Assembly: GCA_038087875.1 (NCBI GenBank)
Contig: JAXLNO010000503.1
Coordinates: forward strand, 62,001-126,000
Source: Malacoraja senta
Lineage: Eukaryota
DNA: 64,000 nt
Direction of reading: 5' to 3'
In this document: in pieces, positions 38,001 to 52,900 of the stretch
Layout of the letters: the number at the start of each line of letters is the position of its first letter
Position numbering within the stretch: position 1 is the stretch's first letter
The notes under the pieces: generated by a model
What the model saw: the letters and a program-made list of their open reading frames with translations, nothing else
The model's database searches: none
What the model was told of the DNA's origin: nothing
Position numbers and translations under genes: made by a program

Positions 38001-41000
38001 CGCCACAAATCCGGCAAGGTCTCCATATTTCCGGCAAGGTCGCCACAGATACGGCAAGGTCGCCATATTTCCGGCAAGATCGCCATAATTCCGGCAAGGT
38101 CGCCACATATCCGGCAAGGTCGCCATATTTCCGCCATGGTCGCCATAAATCCGGAAGGTGGCCTCCAATCCGGCAAGGTCGCCACAATCCCGGCAATGGC
38201 GCCATAAATCCGGCAAGGTCGCCACAAACCCGGCAAGATCGCCTCATTTCCGGCAAGGTCGCCATAAATCCGGCAAGGTCGCCACAAATCCGGCAAGGTC
38301 GCCACATTTCCGGCAAGGTCGCCATATTTCCAGCAAGGTCTCCCTAAATCCGGCAAAGTCGCCACAAATGCGGCAAGGTCGACATCTTTCCGGCAAGGTC
38401 GCAATAAATCCTGCAAGGTCGCCAGAAATGCGGCAAGGTCGACATATTTCCTGCAAGGTCGCCATTAATCCGGCAAAGTCGCCACAAATGCGGCAACGTC
38501 GCCATATTTCCAGCAAGATCGCCATAAATCCGGCAAAGTCGCCATAAATCCGGCAAGGTCGCCACAAATCCGGCAAGGTCTCCACATTTCCGGCAAGGTC
38601 GCCACAAGTCCGGCAAGGTCGCCAAGAATCCGGCAAGGTCGCTATATTTCCGACAAGGTCGCCATAAATCCGGCAAGTTTGCGTCAAATCCGGCAAGGTC
38701 GCCATATTTCCTGCAATGTCGCCATAAATCCCGCAAGGTGGCCTCAAATCCGACAAGGTCGCCACATTCCCGGCAAGGTCGCGATAAAACCGGCAAGGTC
38801 GCCACAAATCCGGCAATGTCGCCACAAATGCGGCAATGGCGCCATAAATCCGGCAAGGTCGCCACAAACCCGGCAAGATCGCCTCATTTCCGGCAAGGTC
38901 GCCATAAATCCGGCAAGGTCGCCACAAATCCGGCAAGGTCGCCACATTTCCGGCAAGGTCGCCATATTTCCAGCAAGGTCTCCCTAAATCCGGCAAAGTC
39001 GCCACAAATGCGGCAAGGTCGACATCTTTCCGGCAAGGTCGCATTAAATCCTGCAAGGTCGCCAGAAATGCGGCAAGGTCGCCACAAATGCGGCAACGTC
39101 GCCATATTTCCGGCACGGTCGCCATAAATCCGGCCAGGTCGCCACAAAACCGGCAAGGTCGCCATATTTCCGGCAAGGTCTCCACAGATACGGCAAGGTC
39201 GCCATATTTCCGGCAAGATCGCCATGATTCCGGCAAAGTCGCAATTTATCCTGCAAGGTCGCCACAGATACGGCAAGGTCGCCATATTTCCAGCAAGATC
39301 GCCATAATTCCGGCAAGGTCGCCACAAATCCGGCAAGGTCGCCATATTTCCGGCATGGTCGCCATAATTCCGGCAAGGTGGCCACAAATCAGGGAAGGTC
39401 GCCATATTTCCGGCAATGTCGCCATAAATCCGGAAGGTGGCCTCAAATCCGGCTAGGTCGCCATATTTCTGGCGAGGTCGCCATAAATCCGGCAAAGTCG
39501 CCACAAACCCGGCAAGGTCGCCACATTTCCGGCAAGGTCGCCATAAATCCGGCAAGATCGCCACAAATCCGGCAAGGTCGCCAAATTTCCGGCAAGATCG
39601 CCATAATTCCGGCAAGGTCGCCACATATCCGGCAAGGTCGCCATATTTCCGGCATGGTCGCCATAAATCCGGAAGGTGGCCTCCAATCCGGCAAGGTCGC
39701 CACAATCCCGGCAATGGCGCCATAAATCCGGCAAGGTCGCCACAAACCCGGCAAGGTCGCCATAAATCCGGCAAGGTCGCCACAAATCCGGCAAGGTCGC
39801 CACATTTCCGGCAAGGTCGCCATATTTCCAGCAAGGTCTCCCTAAATCCGGCAAAGTCGCCACAAATGCGGCAAGGTCGACATCTTTCCGGCAAGGTCGC
39901 AATAAATCCTGCAAGGTCGCCAGAAATGCGGCAAGGTCGACATATTTCCTGCAAGGTCGCCATTAATCCGGCAAGGTCGCCACAAATGCGGCAACGTCGC
40001 CATATTTCCAGCAAGATCGCCATAAATCCGGCAAAGTCGCCATAAATCCGGCAAGGTCGCCACAAATCCGGCAAGGTCTCCACATTTCCGGCAAGGTCGC
40101 CACAAATCCGGCAAGGTCGCCAAGAATCCGGCAAGGTCGCTATATTTCCGACAAGGTCGCCATAAATCCGGCAAGTTTGCGTCAAACCCGGCAAGGTCGC
40201 CATATTTCCTGCAATGTCGCCATAAATCCCGCAAGGTGGCCTCAAATCCGGCAAGGTCGCCACATTCCCGGCAAGGTCGCGATAAATCCGGCAAGGTCGC
40301 CACAAATCCGGCAATGTCGCCACAAATGCGGCAAGGTCGCCATATTTCCGGCAAGGTCGCCATAAATCCGGCAAGGTCGCCACAAATGCGGCAAGGTCCA
40401 CATATTTCCGGCAAGGTCGTAATAAATCCGGCTAGGTCGCCACAAATGCGGCAAGGTCGACATATTTCCGGCAAGATCGCCATAAATCCGGCAAGGTCGG
40501 TACAAATGCGGCAAGGTCGGCATATTTCCGGCAAGGTCGCCATGAATCCGGCAAGGTCGCAATAAAACCGGCAAGGTCGCCACAAATCCGTCAAGATCGC
40601 CTCATTTGCGGCCATGTCGCCTCAAATCCGGCAAGGTCGCCATAAATCCGGCAATGTCGCCACAAATGCGGCAAGGTCGCCATATTTCCGGCAAGGTCGC
40701 AATAAATCCGGCAAGGTCGCCACAAATCCGGCAAGGTCGCCATATTTCCGGCAAGGTCGCCACAGATACGGCAAGGTCGCCATATTTCAGGCAAGATCGC
40801 CATAATTCCGGCAAGGTCGCCACAAATCCGGCAAGGTCGCCATATTTCCGGCATGGTCGCCATAAATCCGGAAGGTGGCCTCCAATCCGGCAAGGTCGCC
40901 ACAATCCCGGCAATGGCGCCATAAATCCGGCAAGGTCGCCACAAACCCGGCAAGGTCGCCACATTTCCGGCAAGGTCGCCATAAATCCGGAAAGGTCGCC

Positions 41001-44000
41001 ACAAATCCGGCAAGGTCGCCACATTTCCGGCAAGGTCGCCATATTTCCAGCAACGTCTCCATAAATGCGGCAAAGTCGCCACAAATGCGGCAAGGTCGAC
41101 ATCTTTCCGGCAAGGTCGCAATAAATCCTGCAAGGTCGCCAGAAATGCGGCAAGGTCGACATATTTCCGGCAGGGTCGCCATTAATTCTGCAAGGTCGCC
41201 ACAAATGCGGCAAGGTCCACATATTTCCGGCAAGGTCGTAATAAATCCGGCTAGGTCGCCACAAATGCGGCAAGGTCGACATATTTCCGGCAAGATCGCC
41301 ATAAATCCGGCAAGGTCGGTACAAATGCGGCAAGGTCGGCATATTTCCGGCAAGGTCGCCATGAATCCGGCAAGGTCGCAATAAAACCGGCAAGGTCGCC
41401 ACAAATCCGTCAAGATCGCCTCATTTGCGGCCATGTCGCCTCAAATCCGGCAAGGTCGCCATAAATCCGGCAATTTCGCCACAAATGCGGCAAGGTCGCC
41501 ATATTTCCGGCAAGGTCGCAATAAATCCGGCAAGGTCGCCACAAATCCGGCAAGGTCGCCATATTTCCGGCAAGGTTGCCACAGATACGGCAAGGTCGCC
41601 ATATTTCAGGCAAGATCGCCATAATTCCGGCAAGGTCGCCACAAATCCGGCAAGGTCGCCATATTTCCGGCATGGTCGCCATAAATCCGGAAGGTGGCCT
41701 CCAATCCGGCAAGGTCGCCACAATCCCGGCAATGGCGCCATAAATCCGGCAAGGTCGCCACAAACCCGGCAAGGTCGCCACATTTCCGGCAAGGTCGCCA
41801 TAAATCCGGAAAGGTCGCCACAAATCCGGCAAGGTCGCCACATTTCCGGCAAGGTCGCCATATTTCCAGCAACGTCTCCATAAATGCGGCAAAGTCGCCA
41901 CAAATGCGGCAAGCTCGACATCTTTCCGGCAAGGTCGCAATAAATCCTGCAAGGTCGCCAGAAATGCGGCAAGGTCGACATATTTCCTGCAAGGTCGCCA
42001 TTAATCCGGCAAGGTCGCCACAAATGCGGCAACGTCGCCATATTTCCAGCAAGATCGCCATAAATCCGGCAAAGTCGCCATAAATCCGGCAAGGTCGCCA
42101 CAAATCCGGCAAGGTCTCCACATTTCCGGCAAGGTCGCCACAAATCCGGCAAGGTCGCCAAGAATCCGGCAAGGTCGCTATATTTCCGACAAGGTCGCCA
42201 TAAATCCGGCAAGTTTGCGTCAAATCCGGCAAGGTCGCCATATTTCCTGCAATGTCGCCATAAATCCCGCAAGGTGGCCTCAAATCCGGCAAGGTCGCCA
42301 CATTCCCGGCAAGGTCGCGATAAATCCGGCAAGGTCGCCACAAATCCGGCAATGTCGCCACAAATGCGGCAAGGTCGCCATATTTCCGGCAAGGTCGCCA
42401 TAAATCCGGCAAGGTCGCCACAAATGCGGCAAGGTCCACATATTTCCGGCAAGGTCGTAATAAATCCGGCTAGGTCGCCACAAATGCGGCAAGGTCGACA
42501 TATTTCCGGCAAGATCGCCATAAATCCGGCAAGGTCGGTACAAATGCGGCAAGGTCGGCATATTTCCGGCAAGGTCGCCATGAATCCGGCAAGGTCGCAA
42601 TAAAACCGGCAAGGTCGCCACAAATCCGTCAAGATCGCCTCATTTGCGGCCATGTCGCCTCAAATCCGGCAAGGTCGCCATAAATCCGGCAATGTCGCCA
42701 CAAATGCGGCAAGATCGCCATATTTCCGGCAAGGTCGCAATAAATCCGGCAAGGTCGCCACAAATCCGGCAAGGTCGCCATATTTCCGGCAAGGTCGCCA
42801 CAGATACGGCAAGGTCGCCATATTTCAGGCAAGATCGCCATAATTCCGGCAAGGTCGCCACAAATCCGGCAAGGTCGCCATATTTCCGGCATGGTCGCCA
42901 TAAATCCGGAAGGTGGCCTCCAATCCGGCAAGGTCGCCACAATCCCGGCAATGGCGCCATAAATCCGGCAAGGTCGCCACAAACCCGGCAAGGTCGCCAC
43001 ATTTCCGGCAAGGTCGCCATAAATCCGGAAAGGTCGCCACAAATCCGGCAAGGTCGCCACATTTCCGGCAAGGTCGCCATATTTCCAGCAACGTCTCCAT
43101 AAATGCGGCAAAGTCGCCACAAATGCGGCAAGGTCGACATCTTTCCGGCAAGGTCGCAATAAATCCTGCAAGGTCGCCAGAAATGCGGCAAGGTCCACAT
43201 ATTTCCGGCAGGGTCGCCATTAATCCTGCAAGGTCGCCACAAATGCGGCAAGGTCCACATATTTCCGGCAAGGTCGTAATAAATCCGGCTAGGTCGCCAC
43301 AAATGCGGCAAGGTCGACATATTTCCGGCAAGATCGCCATAAATCCGGCAAGGTCGGTACAAATGCGGCAAGGTCGGCATATTTCCGGCAAGGTCGCCAT
43401 GAATCCGGCAAGGTCGCAATAAAACCGGCAAGGTCGCCACAAATCCGTCAAGATCGCCTCATTTGCGGCCATGTCGCCTCAAATCCGGCAAGGTCGCCAT
43501 AAATCCGGCAATTTCGCCACAAATGCGTCAAGGTCGCCATATTTCCGGCAAGGTCGCAATAAATCCGGCAAGGTCGCCACAAATCCGGCAAGGTCGCCAT
43601 ATTTCCGGCAAGGTCGCCACAGATACGGCAAGGTCGCCATATTTCAGGCAAGATCGCCATAATTCCGGCAAGGTCGCCACAAATCCGGCAAGGTCGCCAT
43701 ATTTCCGGCATGGTCGCCATAAATCCGGAAGGTGTCCTCCAATCCGGCAAGGTCGCCACAATCCCGGCAATGGCGCCATGAATCCGGCAAGGTCGCCACA
43801 AACCCGGCAAGGTCGCCACATTTCCGGCAAGGTCGCCATAAATCCGGAAAGGTCGCCACAAATCCGGCAAGGTCGCCACATTTCCGGCAAGGTCGCCATA
43901 TTTCCAGCAACGTCTCCATAAATGCGGCAAAGTCGCCACAAATGCGGCAAGGTCGAGATCTTTCCGGCAAGGTCGCAATAAATCCTGCAAGGTCGCCAGA

Positions 44001-47000
44001 AATGCGGCAAGGTCGACATATTTCCGGCAGGGTCGCCATTAATCCTGCAAGGTCGCCACAAATGCGGCAAGATCCACATATTTCCGGCAAGGTCGTAATA
44101 AATCCGGCTAGGTCGCCACAAATGCGGCAAGGTCGACATATTTCCGGCAAGATCGCCATAAATCCGGCAAGGTCGGTACAAATGCGGCAAGGTCGGCATA
44201 TTTCCGGCAAGGTCGCCATGAATCCGGCAAGGTCGCAATAAAACAGGAAAGGTCGCCACAAATCCGTCAAGATCGCCTCATTTGCGGCCATGTCGCCTCA
44301 AATCCGGCAAGGTCGCCATAAATCCGGCAATGTCGCCACAAATGCGGCAAGGTCGCCATATTTCCGGCAAGGTCGCAATAAATCCGGCAAGGTCGCCACA
44401 AATCCGGCAAGGTCGCCATATTTCCGGCAAGGTCGCCACAGATACGGCAAGGTCGCCATATTTCAGGCAAATCGCCATAATTCCGGCAAGGTCGCCACAA
44501 ATGCGCCAACGTCGCCATATTTCCAGCAAGATCGCCATAAATCCGGCAAAGTCGCCATAAATCCGGCAAGGTCGCCACAAATCCGGCAAAGTCTCCACAT
44601 TTCCGGCAAGGTCGCCACAAATCCGGCAAGGTCGCCAAAAATCCGGCAAGGTCGGTATATTTCCGACAAGGTCGCCGTAAATCCGGTAAGTTTGCGTCAA
44701 ATCCGGCAAGGCCGCCATATTTCCTGCAATGTCGCCATAAATCCCGCAAGGTGGCCTCAAATCCGGCAAGGTCGCCACATTCCCCGCAAGGTCGCGATAA
44801 ATCCGGCAAGGTCGCCACAAATCCGGCAATGTCGCCACAAATGCGGCAAGGTCCCCATATTTCCGGCAAGGTCGCCATAAATCCGGCAAGGTCGCCACAA
44901 ATGCGGCAAGGTCCACATATTTCCGGCAAGGTCGCAATAAATCCGGCTAGGTCGGTACAAATGCGGCAAGGTTGGCATATTTCCGGCAAGGTCGCCATGA
45001 ATCCGGCAACGTCGCAATAAATCCGGCAAGGTCGCCACATTTCCGGCAAGGTCGCCATAAATCCGGAAAGGTCGCCACAAATCCGGCAAGGTCGCCACAT
45101 TTCCGGCAAGGTCGCCATATTTCCAGCAACGTCTCCATAAATGCGGCAAAGTCGCCACAAATGCGGCAAGGTCGACATCTTTCCGGCAAGGTCGCAATAA
45201 ATCCTGCAAGGTCGCCAGAAATGCGGCAAGGTCGACATATTTCCGGCAGGGTCGTCATTAATCCTGCAAGGTCGCCACAAATGCGGCAAGGTCCACATAT
45301 TTCCGGCAAGGTCGTAATAAATCCGGCTAGGTCGCCACAAATGCGGCAAGGTCGTCATATTTCCGGCAAGATCGCCATAAATCCGGCAAGGTCGGTACAA
45401 ATGCGGCAAGGTCGGCATATTTCCGGCAAGGTCGCCATGAATCCGGCAAGGTCGCAATAAAACCGGAAAGGTCGCCACAAATCCGTCAAGATCGCCTCAT
45501 TTGCGGCCATGTCGCCTCAAATCCGGCAAGGTCGCCATAAATCCGGCAATGTCGCCACAAATGCGGCAAGGTCGCCATATTTCCGGCAAGGTCGCAATAA
45601 ATCCGGCAAGGTCGCCACAAATCCGGCAAGGTCGCCATATTTCCGGCAAGGTCGCCACAGATACGGCAAGGTCGCCATATTTCAGGCAAATCGCCATAAT
45701 TCCGGCAAGGTCGCCACAAATGCGCCAACGTCGCCATATTTCCAGCAAGATCGCCATAAATCCGGCAAAGTCGCCATAAATCCGGCAAGGTCGCCACAAA
45801 TCCGGCAAAGTCTCCACATTTCCGGCAAGGTCGCCACAAATCCGGCAAGGTCGCCAAAAATCCGGCAAGGTCGGTATATTTCCGACAAGGTCGCCGTAAA
45901 TCCGGTAAGTTTGCGTCAAATCCGGCAAGGTCGCCATATTTCCTGCAATGTCGCCATAAATCCCGCAAGGTGCCCTCAAATCCGGCAAGGTCGCCACATT
46001 CCCCGCAAGGTCGCGATAAATCCGGCAAGGTCGCCACAAATCCGGCAATGTCGCCACAAATGCGGCAAGGTCGCCATATTTCCGGCAAGGTCGCCATAAA
46101 TCCGGCAAGGTCGCCACAAATGCGGCAAGGTCCACATATTCCGGCAAGGTCGCAATAAATCCGGCTAGGTCGGTACAAATGCGGCAAGGTCGGCATATTT
46201 CCGGCAAGGTCGCCATGAATCCGGCAACGTCGCAATAAATCCGGCAAGGTCGCCACATTTCCGGCAAGGTCGCCATAAATCCGGAAAGGTCGCCACAAAT
46301 CCGGCAAGGTCGCCACATTTCCGGCAAGGTCGCCATATTTCCAGCAACGTCTCCATAAATGCGGCAAAGTCGCCACAAATGCGGCAAGGTCGACATCTTT
46401 CCGGCAAGGTCGCAATAAATCCTGCAAGGTCGCCAGAAATGCGGCAAGGTCGACATATTTCCGGCAGGGTCGACATTAATCCTGCAAGGTCGCCACAAAT
46501 GCGGCAAGGTCCACATATTTCCGGCAAGGTCGTAATAAATCCGGCTAGGTCGCCACAAATGCGGCAAGGTCGCCATATTTCCGGCAAGGTCGCCACAGAT
46601 ACGGCAAGGTCGCCATATTTCAGGCAAATCGCCATAATTCCGGCAAGGTCGCCACAAATGCGCCAACGTCGCCATATTTCCAGCAAGATCGCCATAAATC
46701 CGGCAAAGTCGCCATAAATCCGGCAAGGTCGCCACAAATCCGGCAAAGTCTCCACATTTCCGGCAAGGTCGCCACAAATCCGGCAAGGTCGCCAAAAATC
46801 CGGCAAGGTCGGTATATTTCCGACAAGGTCGCCGTAAATCCGGTAAGTTTGCGTCAAATCCGGCAAGGCCGCCATATTTCCTGCAATGTCGCCATAAATC
46901 CCGCAAGGTGGCCTCAAATCCGGCAAGGTCGCCACATTCCCCGCAAGGTCGCGATAAATCCGGCAAGGTCGCCACAAATCCGGCAATGTCGCCACAAATG

Positions 47001-49950
47001 CGGCAAGGTCCCCATATTTCCGGCAAGGTCGCCATAAATCCGGCAAGGTCGCCACAAATGCGGCAAGGTCCACATATTTCCGGCAAGGTCGCAATAAATC
47101 CGGCTAGGTCGGTACAAATGCGGCAAGGTTGGCATATTTCCGGCAAGGTCGCCATGAATCCGGCAACGTCGCAATAAATCCGGCAAGGTCGCCACATTTC
47201 CGGCAAGGTCGCCATAAATCCGGAAAGGTCGCCACAAATCCGGCAAGGTCGCCACATTTCCGGCAAGGTCGCCATATTTCCAGCAACTTCTCCATAAATG
47301 CGGCAAAGTCGCCACAAATGCGGCAAGGTCGACATCTTTCCGGCAAGGTCGCAATAAATCCTGCAAGGTCGCCAGAAATGCGGCAAGGTCGACATATTTC
47401 CGGCAGGGTCGTCATTAATCCTGCAAGGTCGCCACAAATGCGGCAAGGTCCACATATTTCCGGCAAGGTCGTAATAAATCCGGCTAGGTCGCCACAAATG
47501 CAGCAAGGTCGTCATATTTCCGGCAAGATCGCCATAAATCCGGCAAGGTCGGTACAAATGCGGCAAGGTCGGCATATTTCCGGCAAGGTCGCCATGAATC
47601 CGGCAAGGTCGCAATAAAACCGGAAAGGTCGCCACAAATCCGTCAAGATCGCCTCATTTGCGGCCATGTCGCCTCAAATCCGGCAAGGTCGCCATAAATC
47701 CGGCAATGTCGCCACAAATGCGGCAAGGTCGCCATATTTCCGGCAAGGTCGCAATAAATCCGGCAAGGTCGCCACAAATCCGGCAAGGTCGCCATATTTC
47801 CGGCAAGGTCGCCACAGATACGGCAAGGTCGCCATATTTCAGGCAAATCGCCATAATTCCGGCAAGGTCGCCACAAATGCGCCAACGTCGCCATATTTCC
47901 AGCAAGATCGCCATAAATCCGGCAAAGTCGCCATAAATCCGGCAAGGTCGCCACAAATCCGGCAAAGTCTCCACATTTCCGGCAAGGTCGCCACAAATCC
48001 GGCAAGGTCGCCAAAAATCCGGCAAGGTCGGTATATTTCCGACAAGGTCGCCGTAAATCCGGTAAGTTTGCGTCAAATCCGGCAAGGTCGCCATATTTCC
48101 TGCAATGTCGCCATAAATCCCGCAAGGTGCCCTCAAATCCGGCAAGGTCGCCACATTCCCCGCAAGGTCGCGATAAATCCGGCAAGGTCGCCACAAATCC
48201 GGCAATGTCGCCACAAATGCGGCAAGGTCGCCATATTTCCGGCAAGGTCGCCATAAATCCGGCAAGGTCGCCACAAATGCGGCAAGGTCCACATATTTCC
48301 GGCAAGGTCGCAATAAATCCGGCTAGGTCGGTACAAATGCGGCAAGGTCGGCATATTTCCGGCAAGGTGGCCATGAATCCGGCAACGTCGCAATAAATCC
48401 GGCAAGGTCGCCACATTTCCGGCAAGGTCGCCATAAATCCGGAAAGGTCGCCACAAATCTGGCAAGGTCGCCACATTTCCGGCAAGGTCGCCATATTTCC
48501 AGCAACGTCTCCATAAATGCGGCAAAGTCGCCACAAATGCGGCAAGGTCGACATCTTTCCGGCAAGGTCGCAATAAATCCTGCAAGGTCGCCAGAAATGC
48601 GGCAAGGTCGACATATTTCCGGCAGGGTCGACATTAATCCTGCAAGGTCGCCACAAATGCGGCAAGGTCCACATATTTCCGGCAAGGTCGTAATAAATCC
48701 GGCTAGGTCGCCACAAATGCGGCAAGGTCCACATATTTCCGGCAAGGTCGCAATAAATCCGGCTAGGTCGGTACAAATGCGGCAAGGTCGGCATATTTCC
48801 GGCAAGGTCGCCATGAATCCGGCAACGTCGCAATAAATCCGGCAAGGTCGCCACAAATCCGTCAAGATCGCCTCATTTGCGGCAATGTCGCCTTAAATCC
48901 GGCAAGGTCGCCATAAATCCGGCAAGGTCGCCACATTCCCGGCAAGGTCGCCACAAATGCGGCAAGGTCGCCACTTCCCCGGCAAGGTCGCCATAAATCC
49001 GGCAAGGTCGCCACAAATCCGGGCAAGGTCGCCACATTTCCGGCAAGGTCGCCATAAATCCGGCAAGGTCGCCACATTTCCGGCAAGGTCGCCATAAATC
49101 CGGCGAGGCCGCCACAAATCCGGCAAGGACCCCACATTTCCGGCAAGGTCGCAATAAATTTGGCAAGGTCGCCACAAATCCGACAAGGTCGCCATATTTC
49201 CGGCAAGGTCGCCATAAATCCCGCAATGTCGCCACAAATCCGGCAAGGTCGCCATATTTCCGGCAAGGTCGCCATCAATCCGGCAAGGTCGCCATATTTC
49301 CGGCAATGTCGCCATAAATCCGGCAAGGTGGCCTCAAATCCGGCTAGGTCGCCATATTTCCGGCGAGGTCGCTATAATCCTGCAAGGAGGCCTCAAATCC
49401 GGGAAGATCGCCACATTCCCGGCAAGGTCGCCATAAATCCGGCAAGGTCGCCACAAATCCGGCAATGTCGCCACAAATCCGGCAAGGTCGCCATATTTCC
49501 GGCAAGGTCGCCACAGATACGGCAAGGTCTCCATATTTCAGGCAAGATCGCCATAATTCCGGCAAGGTCGCCATTAATCCGGCAAGGTTGCCACAAATGC
49601 GGCAAGGTCCACATATTTCCGGCAACGTCGCAATAAATCCGGCAAGGTCGCCACAAATCCGTCAAGATCGCCTCATTTGCGGCAATGTCGCCTTAAATCC
49701 GGCAAGGTCGCCATAAATCCGGCAAGGTCGCCACATTTCCGGCAAGGTCGCCATAAATCCGGCGAGGCCGCCACAAATCCGGCAAGGTCGCCATATTTCC
49801 GGCAAGGTCGCCATATATCCGGCATCGTCGCCACAATTCCGGCAAGGTCGCCATATTTACGGCAAGGTCGCCATAAATCGGGCAAGGTCGCCACAAATCC
49901 GGCAAGGTAGCCATATTTCCGGCAAGATCGCCATATTTCCGGCAAGGTCG
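35030..49950 (-). repeat. 20-bp satellite, domain C (part 3), with HOR periods 938/1558 bp (35-40 kb) and 819/1219/2157 bp (40-49 kb)
   Basis: Marker offsets 35389-36327-37885-39443 and 40591-41410-42629-43448-44267-45486-47643-48862; right boundary approximate. Confidence 0.92.
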
Positions 49951-52900
49951 CCATAAATGCGGCGAGGTCGCCTCAAATCCGGCAAGGTCGCCATATGTCT
50001 TGCCAGGTCGCCATAAATCCGGAGAGGTCGCCATATTTCAGGCAAGTTCGCCTCAATTCCGGAAAGGTCGCCAAAAATCCGGCAATGTTCGCCACAAATC
50101 CGGAAAGGTCGCCATAAATCCCGCAAGGTCGCCACAAATCCGGCAAGGTCGACATATTTCCGGCAAGGTCGCCACAAATCCGGCCAGTTCGCCACAAATC
50201 CGGCAAGGTCGCCATATTTCCGGCAAGGTCGCCGTAAATCCGGCAAGGTCGCAACAAATCCGGCGAGGACACCATATTTCCGGCAAGGTCGCCATAAATC
50301 CGGCAAGGTCGCCAAAAATCCGGAGAGGTCACCATATTTCCGGCAAGGTCGCCATAAATCCGGCAAGGTCGCCATAAATTCGTCGATGGTCGCCATATGT
50401 CCGTCAAGGTCGACATAAATCCGGCAAGGTAGCCACAAATCTGGCAAGGTCGCCATATTTCCGGCAAGTTCGCCACAATCCCGGGCAGGTCGCCACAAAT
50501 CCGGCAAGGTCGCCATATTTACGGCAAGGTAGCCAGAAATCCGCAAGGTCGCCACAAATCCGGCGAGGTCGCCATATTTCCGGCAAGGTCGCCACAAATC
50601 CGGAAAGGTCACCATATAGCCGGCAAGGTCGCGATAAATCCGGCAAGGTCGTCATAAATCCGGCAACGTCGCCATATTTCCGGCAAGATCGCCATAAATC
50701 TGGCAAGGTCCCCACAAACCCGGCAAGGTCGCCATATTTCCGGCAAGGTCGCCATATATCCGGCATGGTCGCCACAATTCCGGCAAGGTCGCCATATTTA
50801 CGGCAAGGTCGCCATAAATCGGGCAAGGTCGACATATTTCCGGCAAGGTCGCCAGAAATCCGGCCAGGTCGCCACAAATCCGGCAAGGTCGCCATATTTC
50901 CGGCAAGGTAGCCAGAAATCCGCAAGGTCGCCACAAATCCGGCGAAGTAGCCATATTTCCGGCAAGGTCGCCATAAACCGGCGAGGTCGCCATATATCCG
51001 GCAAGGTTGCCATAAATCCGGCGAGGTCGCCTTATTTTCGGCAAGGTCGCCACAAGTTCGGCAAGGTCGCCATAAATCCGGCAAGGTAGCCACAAATCCT
51101 GCAAGGTCGCCATATTTCCGGCAAGGTCGCCACAAATCCGGCCAGGGCGCCATAATTCCGGCAATGTCGCCATAAATCAGGCAAAGTCGCCACAAATCCG
51201 GCAAGGTCGCCATTTTTCCGGCAAGGTCGCCATAAATCCCGCAAGGTCGCCACAAATCCGGCAAGGTCGACATATTTCCGGCAAGGTCGCCACAAATCCG
51301 ACCAGGTCGCCACAAATCCGGCAAGGTCGCCATATTTCCGGCAAGGTAGCCAGAAATCCGGCAAGGTCGCCATAAATCCGTCGATGGTCGCCATATGTCC
51401 GTCAAGGTCGACATAAATCCGGCAAGGTAGCCACAAATCTGGCAAGGTCGCCATATTTCCGGCAAGTTCGCCACAAACCCGGCCAGGTCGCCACAAATCC
51501 GGCAAGGTCGCCATATTTCCGGCAAGGTAGCCAGAAATGCGCAAGGTCGCCACAAATCCGGCGAGGTCGCCATATTTCCGGCAAGGTCGCCACAAATTCG
51601 GAAAGGTCACCATATAGCCGGCAAGGTCGCGATAAATCCGGCAAGGTCGTCATAAATCCGGCAACGTCGCCATATTTCCGGCAAGATCGCCATAAATCCG
51701 GCAAGGTCCCCACAAACCCGGCAAGGTCGCCATATTTCCGGCAAGGTCGCCATATATCCGGCATGGTCGCCACAATTCCGGCAAGGTCGCCATATTTACG
51801 GCAAGGTCGCCATAAATCGGGCAAGGTCGCCACAAATCCGGCAAGATAGCCATATTTCCGGCAAGGTCGCCATATTTCCGGCAAGGTCGCCATAAATCCG
51901 GCGAGGTCGCCACAAATCCGGCAAGGTCGCCATATGTCTTGCAAGGTCGCCATAAATCCGGAGAGGTGGCCATATTTCAGGCAAGTTCGCCTCAAATCCG
52001 GAAAGGTCGCCATAAATCCGGCAATGTCGCCACAAATACGGCAAGGTCGCCATAATTCCGTCATAGTAGCCATATTTCCGGCAAGTTCGCCACAAATCCG
52101 GCAAGGTCGCCATATTTCCGGCCGGTCGCCCTAAATCCAGCAAGGTCGCAACAAATCCGGCGAGGACGCCATATTTCCGGCAATGTAGCCACAAATCCTG
52201 CAAGGTCGCCATATTTCCGGCAAGGTCGCCACAAATCCGGCCAGGGCGCCATAATTCCGGCAATGTCACCATAAATCAGGCAAAGTCGCCACAAATCCGG
52301 CAAGGTCGCCATTTTTCCGGCAAGGTCGCCATGAATCCCGCAAGGTCGCCACAAATCCGGCAAGGTCGACATATTTCCGGAAAGGTCGCCACAAATCCGG
52401 CCAGGTCGCCACAAATCCGGCAAGGTCGCCATATTTCCGGCAAGGTAGCCAGAAATCCGCAAGGTCGCCACAAATCCGGCGAGGTCGCCATATTTCCGGC
52501 AAAGTCGCCACAAATCCGGCCAGGTCGCCACAAATCCGGTAGGGTCGCCATATTTCCGGCATGGTAGCTAGAAATCCGCAAGGTCGCCACAAATCCGGCG
52601 AAGTAGCCATATTTCCGGCAAGGTCGCCATATATCCGGCAAGGTCGCCATAAACCGGCGAGGTCGCCATGTTTCCGGCAAAGTCGCCACGAATCCGGCAA
52701 GGTCGCTATAAATCCGGCAAGGTCGCCATATTTCCGGCAAGTTCGCCAAAAATCCAGCAAGGTCGCCATATTTCCGGCAAGGTCGCCGTAAATCCGGCAA
52801 GGCCGCAACAAATCCGGCGAGGACGCCATATTTCCGGCAAGGTCGCCATAAATCCGGCAAGGTCGCCAAAAATCCGGAGAGGTCGCCATATTTCCGGCAA

